From positions 4,417,971 to 4,481,970 of the forward strand of contig OZ245843.1 in assembly GCA_965228875.1 (NCBI GenBank): a DNA stretch of 64,000 nucleotides, written 5' to 3'. The first letter of the stretch is position 1. Each line of letters begins with the position of its first letter. This stretch comes from Thalassobaculaceae bacterium. GTDB lineage: Bacteria; Pseudomonadota; Alphaproteobacteria; Thalassobaculales; Thalassobaculaceae. Positions 33,630-45,233 of the stretch are shown piece by piece. The notes under the pieces are model-generated. The model was not told where the DNA came from, ran no database searches, and was given only the letters and a program-made list of their open reading frames with translations. The position numbers were made by a program, and so were the translations under genes.

Positions 33630-35258
33630 ATGAGAAAGCCACTGAAGGGCATGGTTGGCGCGCTGACGGCTGCGCTGATGGCCAGCGTCTCGACGCAGGC
33701 GATGTCGGGGGATGTGCTGATCGTCAATGGATCGTCGGCAACGAGTGAAACGTTCACGACGTCGCAGATCACCAATAACTTGACGACGAAGCTGGAGGCG
33801 CGCGGCAACACCGTTACGGTGACGGACGGCATTGAAGGCGCGTTGAGCGGATACTCTCAAGTCTGGGATCTCAGGTTCTCCAACGCGTCACTCGCCGCCG
33901 CCGATCAGACATCGCTGGTCGAGTACATCCAGGGAGGCGGCAACCTCTTTGTCATGGGCGAGAATGATAATTTCCCGCTCCGCAACACCTCCGTGCTGTC
34001 GCTGATCGAACAAGCCGGTGGTGGGACGATCACGTTGGACTCGACTGTCGACAGTTCCACTCAGACACTCATCAACAGCATGGGTACGGTTACCTACTCG
34101 GCGCCGAACTTCGCGACCTCTTCGGGGACAGGTTCGTTTCTGAGTTTCGACGGCGCAGGCAACGGCTCGGCTATTTCCTGGGAAACGGGAACGTTGACCA
34201 ATGCGTCCCAAGGTGCGCTCGCGACCGTATTCGACGTCAACTTCATGGACGATACCGCGCTCGACGGTGAAGAGGCGCTGTTCAACCTGATCCTCGATCT
34301 GATCGAGTCAGGGGTTATCGTGGTCGAGGACACCGTGACCACCGACGAGGTGCAGGAGAGCATCGTTTCCGAGACCACGCGGGTGACGGTGCGCGCGATC
34401 GCCCGGCAGGTGGCGGCGGCGATTCAGAACCGGGTCCGCACCGTCGCCTCTGGAGGCGTCCTGCAGGCCATGCGGGACGGCAAGTCGACCGGCCTGAACG
34501 CCGGCGACGGCATCAGCATGCCGATCGCGATCTGGGTCGACGCGACCTACTCCTCGCTGGACAACGACTCCCCGACCGAGGCCTTCGACGGCGACACGCT
34601 GACCAGCCTCGTGGGCGTCGACGTGGTTCCGTTCGAGAACTTCGTGGTCGGCGTCGCCGTCGGCGTCGAGACCACGGACCTCGATCTCTCCACCTCGAAC
34701 GGCGACAAGGAAACCGACGGCGTGACCGGCTTCGTCTACGCCGGCTACCAGTTCAACGAGTATGTCGGCGTCGACGCGCTGGCGGGCTACGGGGCCTTCT
34801 CGACCGACCTGTCGGAGCAGCGCAGCGGCGGCGGCGTCGTCACCGGCGACTACGACTCCAACCGCTACCTGTTCTCGGCCAACCTGAACGGGACCTACCA
34901 ATACGATCAGGTCCTGTTCACCGGTACGGTCGGCTACCTCTTCACCCAGGAGAACGTCGACTCCTACACCGCCAGCGACGGGGTCGAGGTCGATCCGGGC
35001 AACACCAATCTCGGCCAGGGCGTTCTCGGCCTGGAGGTCGGGTACGTCTTCGACACGGTCTATCCCTACATCCGGGGCCAGATCGAGAACGACTTCGTCA
35101 CCGAGAGCGGGGCGGACTCGACCGGCGGAAACATTGGCGCTGGTGTGTTCTATTCGCCCATGACGAACCTGACCCTGGGCGCGAACACCTCCTACGATGT
35201 CGGCCGCGAGGACGAGACGAACTTCTCCATCGGCGTCAGCGCGCGCTATCAGTTCTGA
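33630..35258 (+). CDS. Autotransporter-type outer membrane beta-barrel protein with a small passenger domain
   Basis: Signal peptide; passenger; linker helix; GLNAGD motif before W-initiated barrel strands; C-terminal ARYQF (Bam signal Phe). Confidence 0.88.
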   Translation: MRKPLKGMVGALTAALMASVSTQAMSGDVLIVNGSSATSETFTTSQITNNLTTKLEARGNTVTVTDGIEGALSGYSQVWDLRFSNASLAAADQTSLVEYIQGGGNLFVMGENDNFPLRNTSVLSLIEQAGGGTITLDSTVDSSTQTLINSMGTVTYSAPNFATSSGTGSFLSFDGAGNGSAISWETGTLTNASQGALATVFDVNFMDDTALDGEEALFNLILDLIESGVIVVEDTVTTDEVQESIVSETTRVTVRAIARQVAAAIQNRVRTVASGGVLQAMRDGKSTGLNAGDGISMPIAIWVDATYSSLDNDSPTEAFDGDTLTSLVGVDVVPFENFVVGVAVGVETTDLDLSTSNGDKETDGVTGFVYAGYQFNEYVGVDALAGYGAFSTDLSEQRSGGGVVTGDYDSNRYLFSANLNGTYQYDQVLFTGTVGYLFTQENVDSYTASDGVEVDPGNTNLGQGVLGLEVGYVFDTVYPYIRGQIENDFVTESGADSTGGNIGAGVFYSPMTNLTLGANTSYDVGREDETNFSIGVSARYQF

Positions 35259-35305
35259 GCTGAGGTGTCGGCGTGTGCCGACGGCAGGCTTCATTCGCAC
35301 GGGAT

Positions 35306-35335
35306 CGTGGGGCCTTCGGGCCCCACGTCGCGTTT
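35306..35335 (+). terminator. Terminator hairpin after the autotransporter gene
   Basis: CGTGGGGCC-TTCG-GGCCCCACG followed by TCGCGTTT. Confidence 0.75.
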
Positions 35336-35578
35336 CGGAACAGGGAGACCGCCGAAAAAGAAGGCCCGGTGTCGGCGATCACGTCCGCGTGATCGGTCGG
35401 GGCGCCGCCGCCAGAACAGGACGTCGAGCCGCCGCGCCGGCCTTCCGGGTGCTGATCCGGGCTTTCCCGGCGTTGGACCGCGATGTATGAGGGCGGAGAC
35501 CGATCCCGGCCCGACCCGATGGGGGCGGCCGGCGATGTTCCCCTCGGGGCGCGACAATCCGACGGTTCGCCTGATCAG

Positions 35579-36148
35579 ATGACCGCCAGACGTCTATCGC
35601 TCGAAGACTTCACCCACGTCGCGGACCCGCGGTTGCGTCGCCTCCTCGGCTACTGGCTGTCGTCGCGGGATGACGGCCCGATGCCCGCGGTCGACCGCAT
35701 CGACCCGATGGACTTTCCCTTCGCCCTGTCGAACATCTGGTTGTGCGACGTGGTCGACGGCGACCCGCTCGGCCGCTGGCGCTACCGGGTCGTCGGCGAC
35801 GAGGTACGCCTCGCCTATGGCTACAACATCGTCGGCCAGACTCTGGAGAGCATTGTCGATCCGTCGGCCGCGGCCCGCGTTACGCGGTACTTCTCGATCG
35901 CCACCGACTGGCCGGCGGTGGTCCATGTCGGCGGCCGTCTCTATGCCGAAGCAGAGTATCCGGCCAAGGGCGAGCGCATCATCCTTCCCTTCGCCGATCC
36001 GGCTACGGGCCGTGTCGGCCGGTTGCTGGGCGCGACGTTCCACTCCTGGATGGAGAAGGGGTTTCCGGTCGGACACGTTCCGCTCACCCAGACCCGGACC
36101 TATACGCCTGTCGACGGACGCGCCGCGACGGTGGAGGAAGCCGGATAG
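35579..36148 (+). CDS. PAS-domain (PAS_5-like) protein (start may be upstream, to 35483)
   Basis: LLGYWLS...PAVDRIDPMD...LSNIWLCDV...YRVVG...ERIILPF. Confidence 0.8.
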   Translation: MTARRLSLEDFTHVADPRLRRLLGYWLSSRDDGPMPAVDRIDPMDFPFALSNIWLCDVVDGDPLGRWRYRVVGDEVRLAYGYNIVGQTLESIVDPSAAARVTRYFSIATDWPAVVHVGGRLYAEAEYPAKGERIILPFADPATGRVGRLLGATFHSWMEKGFPVGHVPLTQTRTYTPVDGRAATVEEAG

Positions 36149-36189
36149 GGACGCTGCCCCTCCCGGTTGGCGGGCTTCCGTCGACGGGC

Positions 36190-36873
36190 TCAGGACGCGA
36201 TCCGGGGATACGAGCGGAAGCCGGCATCCACCAGGGAGCCAATGTAGTCGCGGGCCGCCTCTGGATTGATCGCGGCGATGGATGGCCGCACCGCGAGGGA
36301 CACCAAGCCGTGGACCGAGGCCCAGAGCAGCAGGAAAAACTCGCGATCCCGTGGCTCTTCCGGATCGCCGCCCCCTGCAAGGATCAGCATGCGCAGCAAC
36401 TGTTCCTGGGTGTTCAGCGAACTCGTCGCCGGGGCGTCCACGTCGCGCTCGAAGAGCATCCACCAGCGCCGCGGCTCGGACAGGGCGAAATCCAGGTAGG
36501 CTCGGCCGATGGCGATCACCCGAGCTCGAGGCTCCGCCGCGGCCGTCTCGGCGGCGGACCGCAGGGCTACGGCCAAGCGCTCGGCGCAGCGGGCGTTGAC
36601 CGCGCGGACGACGCCCTCGAGATCGCCGAATGCGTTGTAGAGGGTGCCGACCGATACCCCGAGGCGGCGGGCGAGGCCGCGGGCATTGAGCGCGTTGCTT
36701 CCCTGCTCGAGGACCAGATGCTCGGCCAGCACGGTCGCGCGCTCGCGCACGTCTGCAAGATTGAGCTCGCGCCGAGAGGATGATGTCGGTCGGGTGGTGG
36801 ACGTGGTGTTGGGCATGCCCGAGATGTCGGGCATGCCTTGGATCGTGTCAACGGTCGTCGCATCCGGCCGCAT
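36190..36873 (-). CDS. TetR/AcrR-family regulator with WHG-type C-terminal domain
   Basis: LNARGLARRLGVSVGTLYNAF HTH; LWASVHGLVSL. Confidence 0.9.
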   Translation of the reverse strand: MRPDATTVDTIQGMPDISGMPNTTSTTRPTSSSRRELNLADVRERATVLAEHLVLEQGSNALNARGLARRLGVSVGTLYNAFGDLEGVVRAVNARCAERLAVALRSAAETAAAEPRARVIAIGRAYLDFALSEPRRWWMLFERDVDAPATSSLNTQEQLLRMLILAGGGDPEEPRDREFFLLLWASVHGLVSLAVRPSIAAINPEAARDYIGSLVDAGFRSYPRIAS

Positions 36874-36874
36874 G

Positions 36875-37675
36875 TCAGGTCGGTCGCTCCGGGTCCACGG
36901 CGATCCGGTAGATATCGTCCGAAAGATCGTAGCGCTGCATGAAGCGACCGATGGACCCGAATGTCGCGGTGCGGATCTCCGTGCCGTGATCGGTGGTCAC
37001 CAGGGCACCGGACAGGGCGGGCGCCAGATAGCGCTTCAGGCCGCTGATTTCTACTGGTTGAGGCTCGAAATAGGCGGCGATGTTCGCCTTGATGCGACGA
37101 GGATCGTCGGTTCGGTACAGGCTGGCCATGAGGACGTCGAGCGTGTGCTCGGTACAATTCTGGTAGGCCCGAGAAGCGGGGTTCGCCAGCACTGCATAGC
37201 GCGGATTGTGCAGGGCGCCGTAGACGGGCCCACCGATGACTCCCAGCAGCTTCTCCTGCAGAGCGGGCTTTGGAATGATGATACCGGCATCGAGGCTATG
37301 GGCGCCGGCGAAGAAGTCGGTCGGACTGTCTTCGATCAGCCGGCTGCGCGTCCGGTCATCGTCGAATTGGTAGAGGTTATAGACCCGGTAGCCGGTCGTG
37401 CTGGTGCCGTCGGCATTCAGGATCCGGGAGTAGACCCAATACGCGACGTGGGTATAGGCGATGCCCTCGGGCAGGGTCGTCGGATCCCGGCCGACGCGGC
37501 CGACGATGGCGACATGGGCGCCTCGGGTGGCAAGATCCTGCTCCACACCCGTGGCGAAGGCGGTCACTTCCGCGATCGGGTGTTTCGGGTCGGTGGCCTC
37601 GCTGCTTCCGGCGCTCGCCAGACTGGGCATCGCGATCGCCAACAGCATCGCTATCCCCGGCAGAAACCGTTTCAT
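36875..37675 (-). CDS. DUF2145-like exported protein
   Basis: Signal peptide; IVGRVGRD...YTHVA...YQNCTEH. Confidence 0.75.
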   Translation of the reverse strand: MKRFLPGIAMLLAIAMPSLASAGSSEATDPKHPIAEVTAFATGVEQDLATRGAHVAIVGRVGRDPTTLPEGIAYTHVAYWVYSRILNADGTSTTGYRVYNLYQFDDDRTRSRLIEDSPTDFFAGAHSLDAGIIIPKPALQEKLLGVIGGPVYGALHNPRYAVLANPASRAYQNCTEHTLDVLMASLYRTDDPRRIKANIAAYFEPQPVEISGLKRYLAPALSGALVTTDHGTEIRTATFGSIGRFMQRYDLSDDIYRIAVDPERPT

Positions 37676-37726
37676 GCGCGTTCTCCTCAACGGGTCATGG
37701 TCCTGGTGGCGGTGCTGGCCCGTACT

Positions 37727-38089
37727 TCAATCGAGGCGGGGCGCGGCGTCGGGGCGCACGGGTTCGACCGCCTTTGTCTTGGTGGTCGGCCCGTTGGAGA
37801 GGTCGATGCTCGACCTGATCAGGCCGCTGCCCGCCTGGGTGCTGGCATTGCCGACGGCATCGAACCCGGCACCTGCAGCCGACAGGGCCACCCCGGACAC
37901 CGCTACGGGCACCGACATGACGACGCCGGCACCCGTCGCGATGGCGGCGGAGCCGTGGCTGACGGCCCGGGCGCTGTGGTCCGAGGCGGCGCCGGAGTGG
38001 CGGCCACTCTCGCCGGCCGCGGCGGGACCCGATGTCAGGGAGAAGAAGATGGCGGCAGTGGCGAGAAGGCTGGTGGCAAAGCGTTTCAT
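37727..38089 (-). CDS. Exported Ala/Ser/Gly-rich hypothetical protein
   Basis: MKRFATSLL signal peptide; AAGGAG RBS; first gene of a three-gene operon. Confidence 0.75.
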   Translation of the reverse strand: MKRFATSLLATAAIFFSLTSGPAAAGESGRHSGAASDHSARAVSHGSAAIATGAGVVMSVPVAVSGVALSAAGAGFDAVGNASTQAGSGLIRSSIDLSNGPTTKTKAVEPVRPDAAPRLD

Positions 38090-38104
38090 GGTTGGGCTCC
38101 TTTT

Positions 38105-38173
38105 ATGAACAATGTTCACAAAAGATGTGCTTCCGAGCGCTCAGCCGCAAGCAAAAAATGAACACCGTTCACA
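38105..38173. promoter_or_regulatory. Two TGAAC-N3-GTTCA palindromes (probable TetR operators)
   Basis: ATGAACAATGTTCACA at 38105 and ATGAACACCGTTCACA at 38158 in an AT-rich intergenic region. Confidence 0.7.
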
Positions 38174-38399
38174 TTATTCGACGGGATAATTCTAATGCAT
38201 TGATTAATATGAATTATGCTTTCTTGCGGAAGGCTGGAACCACGCGGCTTGTGTCTGGGCGGCCGCGGCGCCGGCTGCCCGGAGCCGCGCAACACCGCTC
38301 GAAGTAGGCCTTCGGCGCGTTCGCCTCTACCGCCCGAATTTGCTAAAATATTCGTTCGCGGGTACAACCCGCGCACTTCCATCATACGAGGCCTGCGCC

Positions 38400-40538
<2,139 letters not shown>

Positions 40539-40598
40539 AACGCTCCGGTGACGTGTCTTGGCGCGCCGGCCGCCGGGCGCCGCTGTCAGTCGTAGCCG

Positions 40599-40769
40599 TC
40601 AGTCGATCACGTCGCCGCAGGTCTCGAGCGCGCCGCCGACAACCCCACCGATGATCGGCACCGTGGAGATCACGGCGCCGCTGACCTTGCAGGGAGCCGC
40701 CGCCGCGGCGCAGCCGGAGAGCAGAGCGGCGACGAAGAGGGCGGCGAGAGGTCTTGCGATCGACGGCAT
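40599..40769 (-). CDS. Small lipoprotein
   Basis: MPSIARPLAALFVAALLSGC lipobox; glycine-zipper-like VPIIGGVVGG. Confidence 0.7.
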   Translation of the reverse strand: MPSIARPLAALFVAALLSGCAAAAAPCKVSGAVISTVPIIGGVVGGALETCGDVID

Positions 40770-40864
40770 AAGGGCTCTCCAGGGTATCGGGTCGTGTCGC
40801 GGCAGTGTGTGCCGAACCGCGGTCGGACGGAAGTCCATCGTCGATCCGAGGTCGGGTGGGCGGT

Positions 40865-41524
40865 TCAACCGTTGTCCCGCTTCACGATGCGTCCGTCGTC
40901 CAGGACAACGGTGTCCATCGGGACATCCCACGGCATCGGGAAGATCGTCGCGATGGCGCTGAACGCGAAGCCGACGCCGATGATCCGAGGGCGCGGCTCG
41001 ATGCGGACCAGCGTCCGGTCGTAGTAGCCGCCGCCGTTGCCGAGCCGGTAACAGGCCGCGTCGACCCCGAGCAACGGAACGACGACCGTATCGGGACATC
41101 CGACCGGAGTGCCGTCGGGGACCGGTATATTCCAGACGCCCCGGGTCATGCGCGTGTCCGGCTGCCAGTGCCGGAAGGTCAGCGGCTGTCCCTTCTCCTC
41201 GACCACCGGAAGGAGAATGCGGGCACCGGCGGTGTGGGCGTCCCGCATCCAGGGGCGCAGGTCCGGCTCGCCGCGGATCGGCCAGTAGACGGCGACGGTT
41301 CGGCCGCCGGGATCGCCGGCCGCCCGGCGCAGACCGTCGGCGATGGCATCGGTGCGGGACCGGCGCTCGTCGACCGGAACCGCCTTGCGCAACACGTAGA
41401 GCCTCTGACGTTCGGCCCGACGGAACCGGGCGACGTCCCGGGCGGTCTCGCAGTCGACCGGATGGCCGTCGACCAGACGGTGGGCGAGGCAGGGATCCTC
41501 TCCGCCGGCGGTCGCCTCGGCCAT
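40865..41524 (-). CDS. 5-formyltetrahydrofolate cyclo-ligase family protein
   Basis: YWPIRGEPD...LPVV...VVPLLGVDAACYRLGNGGGYYDRTL...PWDVPMD. Confidence 0.92.
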   Translation of the reverse strand: MAEATAGGEDPCLAHRLVDGHPVDCETARDVARFRRAERQRLYVLRKAVPVDERRSRTDAIADGLRRAAGDPGGRTVAVYWPIRGEPDLRPWMRDAHTAGARILLPVVEEKGQPLTFRHWQPDTRMTRGVWNIPVPDGTPVGCPDTVVVPLLGVDAACYRLGNGGGYYDRTLVRIEPRPRIIGVGFAFSAIATIFPMPWDVPMDTVVLDDGRIVKRDNG

Positions 41525-41585
41525 CGTCAGCCTCCTGTTCTCCTCTGCCCGCCGCCCCGGTGGCGGCGGGGCCTTCTCCCGGCGG

Positions 41586-43166
41586 CTACAGGAACACGGT
41601 CGTGATCTCCGGCACCAGCAGGATCAGCGCCAGGATCATGAGCTGAATGCAGATGAACGGCAGGAATCCCCGGAAGATGTCGGTCAGCGAGATGTGCGGT
41701 GGCGCCACCGATTTCAGATAGAAGGCAGCCGGTCCGAAGGGAGGCGACAGGAAACTGACCTGCATGTTCACGCAGAACAGAATACCGAACCACACCTTCA
41801 CCAGGGTCTGGCTGTCCAGTCCGCCGGTCAGGCCGAGCTCTTCCATCGGCATCTTCAGGACGATCGGCAGGAAGACGGGCATGACCAGCAGCACGATGCC
41901 GGTCCAGTCCATGAACGCACCGAGGAACAGGAAGATCACCATCATGACCAGCAGCACGCCCATGGTCGGCAGGTCGTAGCCGACGATCAGGTTGGCGACG
42001 TAGGTCGGCCCGCCGGCAATGGTGTAGGCCCCGGCCAGCGCGGTCGCGCCGAACGTCACCCAGATGATGGTGCCGGTCGACTTGAAGGTGCGCATCGAGG
42101 CTTCCTGCAGAAGCTGGAAGGAGAACTCGCCACGCAGAATGATGAGGACCAGGACGGCGATGGATCCCATGCCGGCCGCCTCGGTGATGCCGGTGATGCC
42201 GCCGTAGATCGAGCCGAGCACGACGACGACGATCATCAGCGGCGCGACCAGGCCCTTGCCCTTCTGCCAGGCGTCGACCGCCGCTTCGCGGCCGACCCAC
42301 AACAGCAGGTAGCCGAGGCAGACGGCGGCGATCGCCGCGGCGACCGACAGCGACTGCGCGTCGACCAGCGAGGTCTCCTCCTCGATCGAGCCGAGCCCGT
42401 AGAGCACGCCGCCGCGCACCACCACCAGGGCGGCGGCGCCGCCGACCATCATGGCGATGAGGCTGAGCCCCATCATCGATTTCTCGCGCGTGGTCGGGTC
42501 GTCCGGCGCGGGCTCCGGCAGCGGAGCCTGCTCCGGATACATCCGGGTACGGACCAGGATGTAGACGATGTAACAGCCGGCCAGAATGAAGCCGGGCAGG
42601 AAGGCGGCCTGGAACAGGGCGTGGATCGAGGTCTCGGTGATGAGGCCGTAGAAGATCAGCACGATCGAAGGCGGAATCATGGTGCCGAGCGACCCGGACG
42701 CGCAGATCGTGCCGACCGCCAGGTTCTGGTCGTAGCCCAGACGCAGCATCTGCGGCAGGGCGATCAGACCGAGCAGCACCACCTCGCCGCCGATGATGCC
42801 GGACATCGCCGCCATGACGATCGCCATCAGCGCGGTCACCACGGCGATGCCGCCGCGGGTCCGCGAGAGCCAGATGTTGAGCGTCGAGTACATGTCCCGG
42901 GCGATGCCCGAGCGTTCCAGCAGCGTCGCCATGAAGATGAACAGCGGCACCGAGACCAGCACGTAGTTGGTCGTGATGCCGTAGAGCCGCTGGGCCAGGA
43001 TGTTCAGCGGGCCGGTGCCGAACGTGGAGAACAGCAGGTCCGGGCCGAACTTGAGCACCATGACGACGACGGCGAGAAAGCCGGACGCGAAGCCGAGGGG
43101 CATGCCGATGGCGAGCAGCGCCAGCATGCCGAACAGCAGGATCAGCGAGATCGTCCCGATATCCAT
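41586..43166 (-). CDS. dctM: TRAP transporter large permease
   Basis: SVPLFIFM...GSLGTMIPPSIVLI...SFLSPPFG; carries an internal hydrophobic insertion. Confidence 0.93.
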   Translation of the reverse strand: MDIGTISLILLFGMLALLAIGMPLGFASGFLAVVVMVLKFGPDLLFSTFGTGPLNILAQRLYGITTNYVLVSVPLFIFMATLLERSGIARDMYSTLNIWLSRTRGGIAVVTALMAIVMAAMSGIIGGEVVLLGLIALPQMLRLGYDQNLAVGTICASGSLGTMIPPSIVLIFYGLITETSIHALFQAAFLPGFILAGCYIVYILVRTRMYPEQAPLPEPAPDDPTTREKSMMGLSLIAMMVGGAAALVVVRGGVLYGLGSIEEETSLVDAQSLSVAAAIAAVCLGYLLLWVGREAAVDAWQKGKGLVAPLMIVVVVLGSIYGGITGITEAAGMGSIAVLVLIILRGEFSFQLLQEASMRTFKSTGTIIWVTFGATALAGAYTIAGGPTYVANLIVGYDLPTMGVLLVMMVIFLFLGAFMDWTGIVLLVMPVFLPIVLKMPMEELGLTGGLDSQTLVKVWFGILFCVNMQVSFLSPPFGPAAFYLKSVAPPHISLTDIFRGFLPFICIQLMILALILLVPEITTVFL

Positions 43167-43178
43167 GGATTGATGTCC

Positions 43179-43745
43179 TCAGTCCGCTCGATGGGTCGGG
43201 TCGGGCCGGTCGAGATCCGGCAGGTCGACCTCGTCGGCCGGGTCGTGGGACACCGGTTCCCTGTTCCAGTCGAAGATCAGGTTCGAGACCGACTGCAGGG
43301 CCAGCAGCACGAGCGTGATCAGAATCAGCGGTTTGATGGTCGCCGGGATTGGCGGGTCGAAGGCCGTGCCGAAGGTCTCCCAGCGCAGGAACTTGGCCTT
43401 GGCCTCGCCGAAACCGCCCCAAACGACGGCGAAGGCGAAGATGCAGACGCAGATCACCGACAGGGAGTCGAACACCCGGCGCAGCCAGCGCGGCGCCATG
43501 TCGTAGAGGATGAAGATGCGGATGTGGCTGCGCTGCTGCAGGGCGTAGAGCCCGGCCGTCAGATAGATTCCGCCGCCCACCCAGAGCGACATCTCGTTCA
43601 CCCACAGCGTCGGCGCCAGAAAGACGTACCGAACCACCACTTCGTAGAAGATGATCGCGACGATGAAGGCCGGTGCCCACATTGCGATCCGGCTGAACGT
43701 CCAGGTGAACCAGTCCAGCGGACCGGTCCGTTCATGCTCGACCAT
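43179..43745 (-). CDS. dctQ: TRAP transporter small permease
   Basis: YEVVVRYVFLAPTLWVNE...HIRI; four TM helices. Confidence 0.9.
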   Translation of the reverse strand: MVEHERTGPLDWFTWTFSRIAMWAPAFIVAIIFYEVVVRYVFLAPTLWVNEMSLWVGGGIYLTAGLYALQQRSHIRIFILYDMAPRWLRRVFDSLSVICVCIFAFAVVWGGFGEAKAKFLRWETFGTAFDPPIPATIKPLILITLVLLALQSVSNLIFDWNREPVSHDPADEVDLPDLDRPDPTHRAD

Positions 43746-43797
43746 GGTCGACTCCTTGGATACTCCCGATGCCCGTCGGCGCGGGTGGCCGGACGGA

Positions 43798-43832
43798 CCG
43801 GCGGGCGGACCCGGAACCGGGCCGCCCGCCGG
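43798..43832 (-). other. GC-rich hairpin between dctP and dctQ (mRNA stabiliser or attenuator)
   Basis: CCGGCGGGCGGACCCGG-AA-CCGGGCCGCCCGCCGG near-perfect inverted repeat. Confidence 0.55.
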
Positions 43833-43855
43833 GGCGTGTCGTCAGGCTGGGAGCC

Positions 43856-44881
43856 TTACTCCTGAACCAGACCCAGCTGGCGCAGATAGGTCAGGTGGCT
43901 CTCGACCAGGGCCTTGGCCTCCGGCGTCGTCGCGAAGTCGACCCACGCGGCCTGGGCGGCGTTGCGGAACTTCTGCAGGTCCTCGTCCGACCAGGCGTAC
44001 AGGGTGACGCCCTTCGACTTCAGGTCGGCAGCCGCCTCGGCGTTCTTCTTCTCGAAGGTCAGGGCGGTGCGCAGGGCGAGCGCCTCCATGGCCACCGACA
44101 TGATCCGGCGATGACGCTCCGGCATGCCGTCCCAGCGGGCCTTGTTGCAGGCGAGGTGGTCGGACGGCATGGAGTGGAAGCCGGGGTAGTTGGCGTGCTT
44201 CACGAGGTCATACAGGCCGAGCGACTGGTTGTTCGCCAGACCCGAGGCGTCGGCACCGTCGATGATGCCGGATTCCAGCGCGGTGAAGATCTCGGTGAAG
44301 TCCATCACGATCGGCTTGGCGCCGAGGTTCTCGAAGATCTTCGTCTCCATGCCCGGCGGCGAGCGGAACTTCCAGTCCTTGAAATCTTCCGCGTTGCGGA
44401 TCGGCTTGGACGAGGCCAGGGACTCCTGCCCGTAGACCCACCAGCCGACCAGCTGCATGTCGAACTTGTTGTACAGCGCCTGGGCCGCGTCGAGGCCGCC
44501 GCCGTAGTACAGCCACGAGAGCTGCTGATACGGGGTCGAGTAGCCGCCCATGATGTCGCCGACGAACTGGAACGCCGGGTTCTTGCCGGTCTGATAGGCG
44601 CCGCCGGTCATGTCGCAGTCGAGAATGCCGGTCGCCGCGGCGTCGAAGGTCTCCACCGACTTCACGACGGAGGACGAGTAGAACATCTCGATCTGGATTT
44701 CGCCGTTCGACATGGTCTGCACGTCATCGACGTACTGGGCGGCGAGCTTGCCCGACACCGTTTCCGGCGCGTAGTGGGTCTGAATGCGCAGAGACGTGGT
44801 CTCCGCCATGGCAGCGGTGCTGAGGCCCGCCGCCAACAGCGCGGCCGATACGGCCGGCGCCAGCTTAGCAATCATCTTCAT
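43856..44881 (-). CDS. dctP: TRAP transporter substrate-binding protein
   Basis: Signal peptide; MSNGEIQIE...FDAAATGILD...KFRSPPG...EIFTALESGIIDGAD; GGAGGA RBS. Confidence 0.92.
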   Translation of the reverse strand: MKMIAKLAPAVSAALLAAGLSTAAMAETTSLRIQTHYAPETVSGKLAAQYVDDVQTMSNGEIQIEMFYSSSVVKSVETFDAAATGILDCDMTGGAYQTGKNPAFQFVGDIMGGYSTPYQQLSWLYYGGGLDAAQALYNKFDMQLVGWWVYGQESLASSKPIRNAEDFKDWKFRSPPGMETKIFENLGAKPIVMDFTEIFTALESGIIDGADASGLANNQSLGLYDLVKHANYPGFHSMPSDHLACNKARWDGMPERHRRIMSVAMEALALRTALTFEKKNAEAAADLKSKGVTLYAWSDEDLQKFRNAAQAAWVDFATTPEAKALVESHLTYLRQLGLVQE

Positions 44882-45233
44882 CAGTTCCTCCCAAGTCACG
44901 GCCGGATGTTCCGGCTTACGAGTTCGTTCTACGGTTGTGGTGCGTGCGGACCGCAGCGCGCCGCTGACGACTGTGACCGCAGACAATCAACCGACCAACC
45001 GAAGTAAGCCCGACTTTGTGGGCACCGCCTGGGAACGTCAAGCGATAGGCCGCTTATATGACTAATTTTCCATCCCACACGACGTGGCGCCCCGCGCGGT
45101 CCACCGTGCAGGGGCCGACCGATAAAGGTTTCGTCTGCTGGGCGCGCGTCGATTGGCGGTCGGACAGAGGGTGCGACGCTGGAAGGTCATATGTTCTGGT
45201 TTGTTGATAATAGAACATCGCGGATCGACATGA

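Noticed and set aside
41497..41508. CCTCTCCGCC match to the tRNA-Ser 3' end as a possible attR
   Set aside because: Only about 10 bp, GC-rich and inside a coding sequence; expected by chance.
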